DNA of 31,260 nt from Bdellovibrio sp. (lineage in GTDB: Bacteria; Bdellovibrionota; Bdellovibrionia; Bdellovibrionales; Bdellovibrionaceae), in NCBI GenBank assembly GCA_043741885.1, contig JAYTZS010000172.1:1-31260 (forward strand), given 5' to 3'. How positions within the stretch are numbered: the stretch's first letter is position 1; every line of letters starts with the position of its first letter. The notes under the pieces were generated by a model that did not search any database, was not told the DNA's origin, and saw only the letters and a program-made list of their open reading frames with translations. The translations under genes and the position numbers were made by a program. This document shows positions 8,919 through 17,222 of the stretch, piece by piece.

Positions 8919-10334
8919 ATGTCGACTCATTCGAATGCACCAGAAATTTTAAAAGCAGTTCTGATCGGAATTCAACTTCCACAAACATCTATTCAAGATA
9001 TGCAAAGCTCGCTTCAAGAGCTGACTCGCTTGGTGACGACGTTGGGATACCAAGTGATCGGGCAGGTCACACAACGCCGGGACTCGGAAAAAAATGCGAC
9101 TTTGCTTGGTGACGGAAAATTACAAGAGCTTGCTTTGTGGACAGGAGGCACGGGAAAAGTGGCCCCCCTAGTTGAACACAAAAAAAGCAAAGCTGCCCTG
9201 AAATGGGAAGCAGAAGCCAATAACCTGTCCTCAGAGCTAACAGAAGAATCTGGTTCTGAATCTGGTATTGATTCAGATAGAATTCCTAAAGAAAAAGCCA
9301 AAATAGTGATCGTCGACTGCGATCTGACTCCTTCACAATTGCGAAATTTAGAAAGCGCCACTGGAGTGCAAGTCCTCGACCGCACAGGCATTATCATCGA
9401 AATATTCAGTCGTCATGCTAAAACCAAGGCAGCTCGGTTGCAGGTTGAGATTGCTCGTTTAACTTATGTTGCCCCTCGCTTGCGAGAAACTGGGGGAGGA
9501 ACTGACCGTGGTGGCGGTGGAGTTGGCGGCAAAGGTTCTGGCGAAACCAGTCTTGAGCTGGATCGACGAAAAATTCGTGACCGAATCAAAGAATTAAAAT
9601 CTGAACTTGCGGCGATTGGCAATGAGCACCAGGTGCGCCGAGCTCGACGAGAACAGGAAATTTCAGTCGCACTTGTTGGCTACACCAATGCCGGAAAATC
9701 CTCTTTGATGCGTGCGATGACAGGCAGTGAAGTACTGATTGCAGATAAACTATTTGCAACTTTAGACACAACAATCCGCCCGCTTTATCCTGAGACTCGG
9801 CCCAAAGTTCTCCTGTCAGATACAGTGGGATTTATTAAAAAATTACCACATGATCTGGTTGCTTCTTTTAAATCTACTTTGGATGAGGCTTTGCATGCCT
9901 CCTTACTGTTGTTTGTTGTTGATTGTTCGGATCCTTCCTTTCGTTCTCAACTGGAAGTGACTCGAACGGTGCTTGCCGAGGTGGGTGCCACGGAAGTCCC
10001 GAGCCTGTTGATCCTGAATAAGCGAGACAGACTTTCGGATGTGGAACTGGAAGATTTGAGAAAAGAATTTCCAGAGGCTGTTTTTCTCTCAACTAGGGAC
10101 AAGGAAGATCTAAAAAAACTGCGCGATCAGATCATGGCATTTTTTGAAGAAGATATGACAGACCAAGATATTTTCATTCCCTTCACAGCTCAAGGTGTGA
10201 TTGGAGACATTCGAGCTCGAATGCGGGTTTTGAGCGAAAGCTATGATGAAAACGGTGTGACGTTCAAAGTTCGTGCAACCGAAGACTGTATGGCTCCTAT
10301 TCTTAAAAAGTTGGAACAGCAACGACATGGATAA
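8919..10334 (+). CDS. hflX: Ribosome-splitting GTPase HflX with an N-domain insertion
   Basis: LTPSQLRNLE, VLDRTGIIIEIF.RHA, LQVEIARLTY, GETSLELDRR, G1 VGYTNAGKSS, DKLFATLDTT, G3 DTVGFI, G4 NKRD. Start set at ATG 8919. Confidence 0.95.
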   Translation: MSTHSNAPEILKAVLIGIQLPQTSIQDMQSSLQELTRLVTTLGYQVIGQVTQRRDSEKNATLLGDGKLQELALWTGGTGKVAPLVEHKKSKAALKWEAEANNLSSELTEESGSESGIDSDRIPKEKAKIVIVDCDLTPSQLRNLESATGVQVLDRTGIIIEIFSRHAKTKAARLQVEIARLTYVAPRLRETGGGTDRGGGGVGGKGSGETSLELDRRKIRDRIKELKSELAAIGNEHQVRRARREQEISVALVGYTNAGKSSLMRAMTGSEVLIADKLFATLDTTIRPLYPETRPKVLLSDTVGFIKKLPHDLVASFKSTLDEALHASLLLFVVDCSDPSFRSQLEVTRTVLAEVGATEVPSLLILNKRDRLSDVELEDLRKEFPEAVFLSTRDKEDLKKLRDQIMAFFEEDMTDQDIFIPFTAQGVIGDIRARMRVLSESYDENGVTFKVRATEDCMAPILKKLEQQRHG

Positions 10335-10809
10335 AAAAAAGCTGATCGACCAAATCTGCTCACAGCTGGAAGCTGATCTGATCGCTCAGAAATCAGCTGC
10401 CAAAGCTACCTATGAGGCCGCCACAGGAGAAGAGAGCAAGCCTGAGAACGAATATGACACTCGGGCCTTGGAAGCTTCGTATCTTGCGGGAGCGCAAGCA
10501 AAAAGAGTCGGCGAAATTGAAGCTCAATTGACCATTTATAAATATTTAGAAATTAAAAATTTTGATGCCAAAACTCCGGTGGCTTCAACTGCTATCATTG
10601 AACTGAAAGACGAGAACGAAAAAACCAGTCGAATTTTATTGCTGCCCAAAGGCGGCGGGATTTCACTTAATTGGCAAGGTCAACCCTTGCAGGTGATCAC
10701 TTTGGAAAGCCCACTGGGTGAAGCCGTTGTGGGATTAAAAGTGGGCGATAGTTTTCTCGTCGAAATTGGCCGGCACTCAAAAGAATATGAAATCATTTCA
10801 GCTCATTGA
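10327..10809 (+). CDS. GreA/GreB-family elongation factor-like protein
   Basis: N-terminal coiled coil with ENEYDTRALEASYLA; C-terminal GreA/B fold (VITLESPLGEAVVGLKVGD). ATG 10327 overlaps the hflX stop by 8 nt. Confidence 0.8.
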   Translation: MDKKKLIDQICSQLEADLIAQKSAAKATYEAATGEESKPENEYDTRALEASYLAGAQAKRVGEIEAQLTIYKYLEIKNFDAKTPVASTAIIELKDENEKTSRILLLPKGGGISLNWQGQPLQVITLESPLGEAVVGLKVGDSFLVEIGRHSKEYEIISAH

Positions 10810-11539
10810 GTTTTGTTTTGCGTCTGACAAAACGACGAACGGATCGATGAACAAATGTCAGCTGTTTTTCCACCATGTAATCAAATACGGCTAAAAGCCC
10901 ATCATGCTGTCTCTGACCAACCACAAATCCAACTTCAGAACCCAATAATTCGACCGTCTGGTGAATGGCTTCAATCGTCGAAAAACATCCCGGGGCCGGC
11001 TGCTTACGAACCCTAAAATTCGAAGGCTTCGTGGGCGAAAAACAAATTTTTGAAAGCTTTTGCAAATTTGTACTTTGATTGAGCATTTTTTTTGCTGTTG
11101 CCCAAGTGCCATCGATTACAAAAATAACAGGATTTTTGTCAGCTGGGAAAATTTCTAATGGGGTATCCCCGTCGGGGCAATTCCGGCTATGACTGTGACT
11201 GTGACTGAGATTCAAAGAGTGCTTTCCCGGATACAAAATTAGGCAGTGATTTTGGGGATTCCGAATGATTCGCTGAACTTGTTCATCTTGAGAGTAATCT
11301 TGACCTCGGATCAGCTCTGAATTCTCCAAACAAAGATGAGACATCCTGCCGGTGGCGATTCTTCGACGAGCCTCAATAGGATGAATTAGAATAACAAATT
11401 TGATTTGCGGATCGAACTTTTTGATTTGCTGGCAGTAGCAACCAAATTCTGGTTGTAAACAAGTCAGACAGAGATTTCGGAAGACTGGTTGAGCCAATTC
11501 TTGTTTGCGCCTTTGCTTTCTGTACAGTTCGATATTCAA
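10793..11539 (-). CDS. DTW-domain tRNA-uridine aminocarboxypropyltransferase (TapT/YfiP-like)
   Basis: CLTC...CYC Zn motif, ILIHPIE, TGRMSH, VIDGTW, FRVRKQP, FSTIEA. TTG start at 11539 with an AGGAG RBS. Confidence 0.85.
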   Translation of the reverse strand: MNIELYRKQRRKQELAQPVFRNLCLTCLQPEFGCYCQQIKKFDPQIKFVILIHPIEARRRIATGRMSHLCLENSELIRGQDYSQDEQVQRIIRNPQNHCLILYPGKHSLNLSHSHSHSRNCPDGDTPLEIFPADKNPVIFVIDGTWATAKKMLNQSTNLQKLSKICFSPTKPSNFRVRKQPAPGCFSTIEAIHQTVELLGSEVGFVVGQRQHDGLLAVFDYMVEKQLTFVHRSVRRFVRRKTKLNELK

Positions 11540-11597
11540 AGTAGCTCCTGGAGAAAAAAACCTGAACAAAACATGAAAAAAATATCGATCCGAGCGT

Positions 11598-12272
11598 TTA
11601 AGGCATTTGTTTTATAAATTGATCCGCTGATTCAATCGATTTATTCATTTCTTGAATGAGGCCTTCAATTTCCCTTTGGATATTCAAGCTCTCCCCTTTG
11701 AGAGAAGCAACAGCCTGAGCGTTTAGATTGTGTTTGAGAAATAAAACTTGGTCTTTGAATTTATGCAGAACTGGGTCCATTTTTGATTCCGCTTTTTTCA
11801 AATTCGAGTGCATCTGCCGATAGCGCTCTTCAGTTTGCCTTAAACTGTCACGGCTTTTTACCCGCAGCGACTCGGTCTCAATCTGTTCGATCTCTTTATC
11901 CCACTCTTCGAATAGATCTTTGGCCACAGTTTCTACTCTTTGCACGCTGTTGTGAACTGTATCGGCCTTTGCCGAAGCTCTGTCATAAGACGACTTTAAA
12001 GAGTCATATTTCTTTTCAAGTTCACCGCCGTTGAATCCCGACACTTCTTTGAGACGCTCGAGAGCAGTTTTAAATTCTTTACCGGCCTCTTTTTCATCAT
12101 CTCGAGCTGTATCCACCCGTTTCTTTAGAAGATCGCGCTTTTGCACGCCGATCATTTCATAGGCCGAATACCCTGCGTTGCGGCCCGCCTTTTCAATTGC
12201 GTTTTGGCAAGAGAGAAGAAGCGGGATTAAAATCAGAAAAAGTATTTTGGTATGATGATTTATTAAATCCAT
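11598..12272 (-). CDS. DUF2959 family lipoprotein
   Basis: Lipobox LLSC; YEMIGVQKRDLL, DLFEEWDKE, DQVLFLKHNLNAQAVASL, all-helical. Confidence 0.85.
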   Translation of the reverse strand: MDLINHHTKILFLILIPLLLSCQNAIEKAGRNAGYSAYEMIGVQKRDLLKKRVDTARDDEKEAGKEFKTALERLKEVSGFNGGELEKKYDSLKSSYDRASAKADTVHNSVQRVETVAKDLFEEWDKEIEQIETESLRVKSRDSLRQTEERYRQMHSNLKKAESKMDPVLHKFKDQVLFLKHNLNAQAVASLKGESLNIQREIEGLIQEMNKSIESADQFIKQMP

Positions 12273-12510
12273 AGAAGAAATATTTCATTCTAAGTCCAAG
12301 AAGTAAATGAGAGAAGTAAATAAGCTGGTGATCTGTAACAGTTATAACGCATACCCAGCTGTTGCCTAAAAAAATGAAAAGAGGAGTTAAGCAGCCGGTG
12401 ATGATTCGGCAGGTGTTTGGTTGCATCTAGTACATCGATGAATCCATATCCCTAGTATGGCGACAGAATTCGCCAAATGACAACACTGACTGTTGAAATA
12501 TCCCACCGTT

Positions 12511-12924
12511 CTAGTTTTGTGCAGTGACAGCTTTATTTCTCTGAGCCGGTTTGAGCACTCCTATCGAAACATGAAAGGAAGGCCCTTGAGCTTTTGTCAT
12601 GTGCCACCATCCAGACGGAATATAAGGTCGGGCTCCTGGTTTTAAGAAACAACGCATTTCAGTTTGAGTGTTTCCCTTTTCAAACTCTAGATTTTTCGGC
12701 AGCACAGCTGGCAGTGGGTATGCCTTCACAGTGTTTGGTCGAAGATAAAATTCTTTTTCACCCAGACTTTGAATGACAAATATTTCTTCAAGATCGTAAT
12801 GCCATTCGATTAAATTTTTAAAGTGGAGAGCCTTTAGAGGCTGAGCAAATGTCTTTTGCTGGAAAGCTTCTTTGTGAAACTCTCCAACCGTCAAAGGAAT
12901 TAGCAGTTCCTCTTAAATAGCCAT
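12511..12924 (-). pseudogene. Degraded JmjC/cupin (Cupin_4-like) dioxygenase
   Basis: ATG 12924 gives MAI*EELLIPLTVGEF (TAA at codon 4, 12913-12915), in frame with WHYDLEEIFVIQSLGEKEF and YIPSGWWH...SFHVSIGV. The N-terminal segment joins directly to HYD, so the central part is missing. Confidence 0.7.
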
Positions 12925-12949
12925 TTTGTCTGTTAAACGATTTTCACTT

Positions 12950-13334
12950 CTATTGGCAAGCCGACTTAACGCTTGATGCTTTGTTGCTTCCAATTGAAGT
13001 GCTCATTTCCAGTTGAACGCCGGAACCTTGTGGGTTGTTCGTCAGCGTGATCATGACTGTTTTTTGTGGTGTTTCCATGGATCGAAACGTGTAAACTTTC
13101 ACACCCTCTTTGAATTGTGTCATTGGAGCAAAGAAAAAATCAGAATTCGTTTGCACGCCTAAAAGCCCGGTAGACGTTTCATACTAACGAAAATCAGTTG
13201 ATTGGCAATAAGCCATGGGAGTCATCTTAAAGCCTAATGGGCCGCCATGGTCGGCTTGGTCGGGATAAATGTCAGCCAAAGCGCTCGCTCCTGAAAGAAG
13301 GCTAACAAATAAGCATGCCGATCCTTACAATCAT
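12950..13334 (-). pseudogene. Degraded secreted hypothetical protein
   Basis: Removing one base near 13325 gives signal peptide MIVRSACLFVSLLSGASALA-DIYPDQ. An in-frame TAG at 13184-13186 precedes the 68 aa track ORF. Confidence 0.5.
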
Positions 13335-13406
13335 GACTATGAGTTCGACATGTTCTTCGCGGCTCATGTTGAATATTCAGTAAAGATCAGGTAAACCTTT
13401 CCCCCT

Positions 13407-15005
13407 ATGATCAGCACTACAAATGTGAGCCTGCGCTTCGGTGGAAAAAAATTGTTCGAGGACGTCAATGTTAAATTCACTCCGGGAAATTGCTATGGAT
13501 TGATTGGTGCAAATGGCGCTGGCAAAACAACTTTTCTTAAAATCCTTTCCAAAGAAATCGAGCCGAATACGGGCGAAGTCGTCATTCCATCCGATATGCG
13601 CCTTTCGGTTTTGAAACAAAATCAATTCGCATTTGATCAGCATGAGGTTCTGAAAACAGTTCTCATGGGGAATGATAAGCTTTTTAAAATCATGCAGGAA
13701 AAAGATGCCCTCTACGCAAAGCCTGATTTTTCTGAAGCTGATGGGGTTCGAGCCTCCGATTTGGAAACTGAGTTCGCTGAACTGAATGGCTGGGAAGCCG
13801 AATCCGAGGCCGGAGTGATGTTGGCTGGGCTTGGAATTCCGAGCTCAGCTCATACGAAATTGATGAAAGAGTTGGATCCAGGCGAAAAGGTGAAAGTGCT
13901 TTTGGCCCAAGCTCTCTTTGGACAGCCCGGAGTCCTCTTGCTTGATGAGCCAACAAACAATTTAGATATTTATGCAATCAATTGGCTCGAAGAATTTCTA
14001 GCGAACTTTCCGAACACAGTTATAGTGGTCTCCCACGACCGATATTTTCTCAACAGAGTTTGCACTCATACAGCCGACATCGATTTCTCTAAAGTTAGCG
14101 TTTATTCTGGAAATTATGATTTTTGGCGGCAGGCGACCGAGCTCAATCAGAGATTGAGATCAGACCAGAATAAGAAGAATGCAGACAAAGCTGAGGAGCT
14201 AAAAAGTTTCATTCGTCGCTTCAGCGCAAATGCTTCAAAATCCAGTCAAGCCTCGTCTCGGCAAAAGCAGCTTGAAAAATTGGACCTCAGTGACATGCCA
14301 GTTTCGACTCGTCGACAACCCTTTGTCGGTTTTGATCCGAAACGGGAAGCTGGAAGTGATGTTTTAACAGTCGACAAAGTCAGCAAATCTCTCAATGGTG
14401 AAGTGATCTTAAAAGATATAAGCTTCACTATGAAAAAAACCGATAAGATCGTTTTGCTCGGCCGAAATGACATGGCGAAAACGATGTTGCTTGATATTTT
14501 AGCTGGTGAACAGAAACCAGATTCAGGATCTTGCTCCTGGGGAGCCACGACAACGCGAAGTTACTTTCCCACAGACAATTCAAAATATTTTTCTGAGGGT
14601 CCAGAAAATTTGGTCGATTGGCTCCGGCAGTATTCCGAGGACAAAGATGAATCCTTTATTCGCGGATTTTTGGGAAAGGTTTTATTTAGCCGAGATGAAG
14701 CATTAAAAAGTCCACGCGTTCTCTCCGGGGGAGAAAAAGTGCGCTGTATGCTCGCTAAAATGATGCTTTCAGGAGCCAATGTTTTACTGATCGATGGCCC
14801 AACCAATCACTTGGATTTAGAAAGTATCACAGCCGTAAATGAGGGTATCAAGCGATTCAAAGGTGCTGTGATTTTCACTTCCCATGACCATGAATTTGTC
14901 CAAACTGTCGCCAACCGGATCATCGAAATTGATGTTACATTGAAGGACGATCGAGAGATGGATTACGAACAGTATATCGAGCTAAAAAAGCCGACTTTGC
15001 AGTGA
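13407..15005 (+). CDS. ABC-F family ATPase, YbiT/YkpA-like
   Basis: VSLRFGGKKLFEDVNVKFTPGNCYGLIGANGAGKTTFLK, ELNGWEAESEA, KVLLAQALFG.P.VLLLDEPTN, RFSANASKS.QA.SR, LSGGEKVRCML. No TM domain. Confidence 0.95.
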   Translation: MISTTNVSLRFGGKKLFEDVNVKFTPGNCYGLIGANGAGKTTFLKILSKEIEPNTGEVVIPSDMRLSVLKQNQFAFDQHEVLKTVLMGNDKLFKIMQEKDALYAKPDFSEADGVRASDLETEFAELNGWEAESEAGVMLAGLGIPSSAHTKLMKELDPGEKVKVLLAQALFGQPGVLLLDEPTNNLDIYAINWLEEFLANFPNTVIVVSHDRYFLNRVCTHTADIDFSKVSVYSGNYDFWRQATELNQRLRSDQNKKNADKAEELKSFIRRFSANASKSSQASSRQKQLEKLDLSDMPVSTRRQPFVGFDPKREAGSDVLTVDKVSKSLNGEVILKDISFTMKKTDKIVLLGRNDMAKTMLLDILAGEQKPDSGSCSWGATTTRSYFPTDNSKYFSEGPENLVDWLRQYSEDKDESFIRGFLGKVLFSRDEALKSPRVLSGGEKVRCMLAKMMLSGANVLLIDGPTNHLDLESITAVNEGIKRFKGAVIFTSHDHEFVQTVANRIIEIDVTLKDDREMDYEQYIELKKPTLQ

Positions 15006-15095
15006 GTTTTTGTTGTAAAAACACATGGACTTCAGTGAATTCCTGGACCTGACAATTCCTTTGTCGTGACCATGTTCAGGCAAAGGAAGATCACC

Positions 15096-15525
15096 ATGGC
15101 AAATTAGACTAAATTGAAAATTAATCCTTTAAGCCGCCAACCGAAACAACAACGACTTGTGATGGCGGGGCGGGAGTTGGCAAAAGCTTTTTTGTTCGAA
15201 GCATATTGCGGACAATTTGCCCGACCACACAGAATTCAGTGACGAGGAATTAAAAGCTCGATCGACGATCGACGATTTTATTACAAAAGCCACTGAAAAT
15301 GGTTTTAAGCAATCTGATTTGGTAACTGCAGCGCGAGTCTACCATGGGCAGTCCAACATCCATCGGCTGACTCAGGAGCAAATCGATGACTAAGATCAAT
15401 GGATCAGCGCCAAGATTGCCAAAAAAGATTTAAACCCTGCAAGTGCCTCCACCGTTATTGCGCCACGCGAGCCTCCGGCAGTGGCGAAATCACAGAAATC
15501 GACCGCAGTTTCAGTAAAAGCCTGA
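15096..15525 (+). pseudogene. Degraded P-loop NTPase remnant
   Basis: RBS AAAGGA plus ATG 15096: MAN*TKLKINPLSRQPKQQRLVM, then a frameshift into GGAGVGKSFFVRSI (Walker A, 15164-15187), then a second shift into ADNLPDHTEFSDEELKAR...LTQEQIDD*DQWISAKI...VKA*. Confidence 0.45.
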
Positions 15526-15594
15526 TTCTTTAGCGGGCCCATGCTAACTTCTGTGTTTGATTTCGGCCTGTGTTTAATTTCGAAGGATTTTTCG

Positions 15595-16467
15595 ATGCTC
15601 GAAAATAGTTTTGTCCATTTGCCAGGGATCGGTCCGGAGACTGAAAAAAAATTGTGGTCTCAGGGACTTCACACTTGGGATGATTTGCAGTGCAATCTTG
15701 AAATTCTTTTTTCTGCCAAAAAAGCAAATTCATTAGCCGCCGCTTTGGATGAATCCCGATCAGCTCATGAAGAATCTGAATATGAATATTTTCAGAGTCG
15801 ATTTAAAGGCAGTGAGATGTGGCGTCTATTCCCGGCTCTTTTGAAACAAGGCCTGAAAAATGATATCGCTTACCTTGATATTGAGACCACTGGCTTAGGA
15901 TTTCCTCCAGCTTCTTACTCGACAACAATTGCTGTTTTATTTCAGGGTCAATTGCATTTAGAGCATGAATTGGATCGCAAGTTTGCTTTGCTCAAAAATA
16001 TAAATAGCAGTGCGAAAATGATTGTGACTTTTAATGGCGGGCCGTTTGACCTGCCTTTTCTTAGAAGAGAGTTTGGTCTTTCATTTGCTCAAGCTCACCT
16101 CGATCTTCGGTTTTGGTTTGCTAAACTGGATCGCCGAGGTGGGCTTAAAAAAGTCCAGCAGTCTTTTCCGATGATTCACCAGAGAAAATCCATGGATATT
16201 GATGGCTTTGATGCTGTTCGCTTATGGGCCTTGCATCGAAAAGGCATTCCAAAAGCCTTGGAAACTTTGCTTACATACAATGCAGAAGACACGATTGTCC
16301 TGGAGCAGTTGGTGTATACAGGTCTAAATTTAGAGTCCGAACAGAGAGCACATTTGAAATTGCCGAATTATCAGTTGCCTCAAGTTCCCCTGATTCCAAC
16401 GGAGGTTTGCCCCGAAGTGTATCGACTACTTCGAGGCCACCGTTTTGAATTTTCAGAATCCTATTAA
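15595..16467 (+). CDS. YprB/MrfB-like RNase H-fold (DEDD) exonuclease with N-terminal HhH
   Basis: HLPGIGPETEKKLW (HhH), IAYLDIETTGL, VTFNG..FDLPFL, HLDL, GGLKKV, LLTYNAEDT. ATG 15595 with an AAGGA RBS. Confidence 0.85.
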   Translation: MLENSFVHLPGIGPETEKKLWSQGLHTWDDLQCNLEILFSAKKANSLAAALDESRSAHEESEYEYFQSRFKGSEMWRLFPALLKQGLKNDIAYLDIETTGLGFPPASYSTTIAVLFQGQLHLEHELDRKFALLKNINSSAKMIVTFNGGPFDLPFLRREFGLSFAQAHLDLRFWFAKLDRRGGLKKVQQSFPMIHQRKSMDIDGFDAVRLWALHRKGIPKALETLLTYNAEDTIVLEQLVYTGLNLESEQRAHLKLPNYQLPQVPLIPTEVCPEVYRLLRGHRFEFSESY

Positions 16468-16491
16468 ATTATGATCCTATAAAATTGCTGC

Positions 16492-17127
16492 TCACTGATT
16501 TTTGTATGCAGTCGTTTCCAAAACTGTCGGACGAGACTCTGGTGTGCGTCCTGTGTGCTGGGTGTTCACTTCACCAATAAAAAGATCTGTTCCAGACACT
16601 TTAAAAATTTGATAATAGGGATTGTTGGCATCGGGAATATCAGCAATGCAGTTTTTTCCGGTGACATCTTTATCGACACTCAACTTCCAATCTTTAAAGC
16701 CACAAAAAGTCGCAATGTTTGCAGCAGCCACGGCTTTGTCCGTATTCAGCCTTGCTAGAACTTGTTGAAGAGTCATATCAATGGCATTGACCTGTCCAGG
16801 TTTGTCATTGTTTACCACATACTGAAACTGAGCACGACTTTGAAGATCAGCGGCACCTGTGCAGTCAGCATTAGAAGGATAGACGTCGGTTTGAATTTGC
16901 ACGTGCTGATCATCGACCAAAAAAGTATTTTTTGACGATTGCGCAGATCCTCCGGAAGCACAAGGCTTTGCCCAGTTGCCTATTATTTCGGGCGCTGAAG
17001 CTGCCCGATTGATTGGGTTGTTAGGCCCGGGAGGAGCGGCACCATTATCACTATTCTGAGCGCATGCCGAAAATACAAATGGTAAAAAAATTAATTGTGC
17101 GGTTTTCCAAGTTGAAGTGAATTTCAT
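16492..17127 (-). CDS. Hypothetical lipoprotein
   Basis: Lipobox FSAC, Pro/Asn-rich tether, beta-rich body with four further Cys, GGAGG RBS. Confidence 0.8.
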   Translation of the reverse strand: MKFTSTWKTAQLIFLPFVFSACAQNSDNGAAPPGPNNPINRAASAPEIIGNWAKPCASGGSAQSSKNTFLVDDQHVQIQTDVYPSNADCTGAADLQSRAQFQYVVNNDKPGQVNAIDMTLQQVLARLNTDKAVAAANIATFCGFKDWKLSVDKDVTGKNCIADIPDANNPYYQIFKVSGTDLFIGEVNTQHTGRTPESRPTVLETTAYKNQ

Positions 17128-17222
17128 TCTTCCTCCGAAGTTGAGTTTGTTTTAGGAGATATTCCAAAATCCAGTGAGCTTCCACTCAAGCCCAGGACCA
17201 GTTCGATTTTGATGACAACAAT

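Noticed and set aside
11190-11207. (TGACTG)x3 microsatellite encoding HSHSHS in the DTW gene
   Set aside because: A 6-bp unit keeps the frame, so it cannot phase-vary; probably a neutral loop expansion.
12193-12510. 77 aa ORF and other frames in the gap between DUF2959 and the JmjC remnant
   Set aside because: No RBS or recognisable motif, and the ORF overlaps DUF2959 out of frame.
13315-13383. 22 aa uORF upstream of the YbiT-like gene as a leader peptide
   Set aside because: No RBS, no recognisable stalling motif and no terminator after it; it overlaps the antisense pseudogene start.
12913-15393. Stop-codon reassignment as an explanation for in-frame TAA/TAG in the remnants
   Set aside because: Intact genes end in TAA, TAG and TGA, and the remnants also carry frameshifts and deletions.
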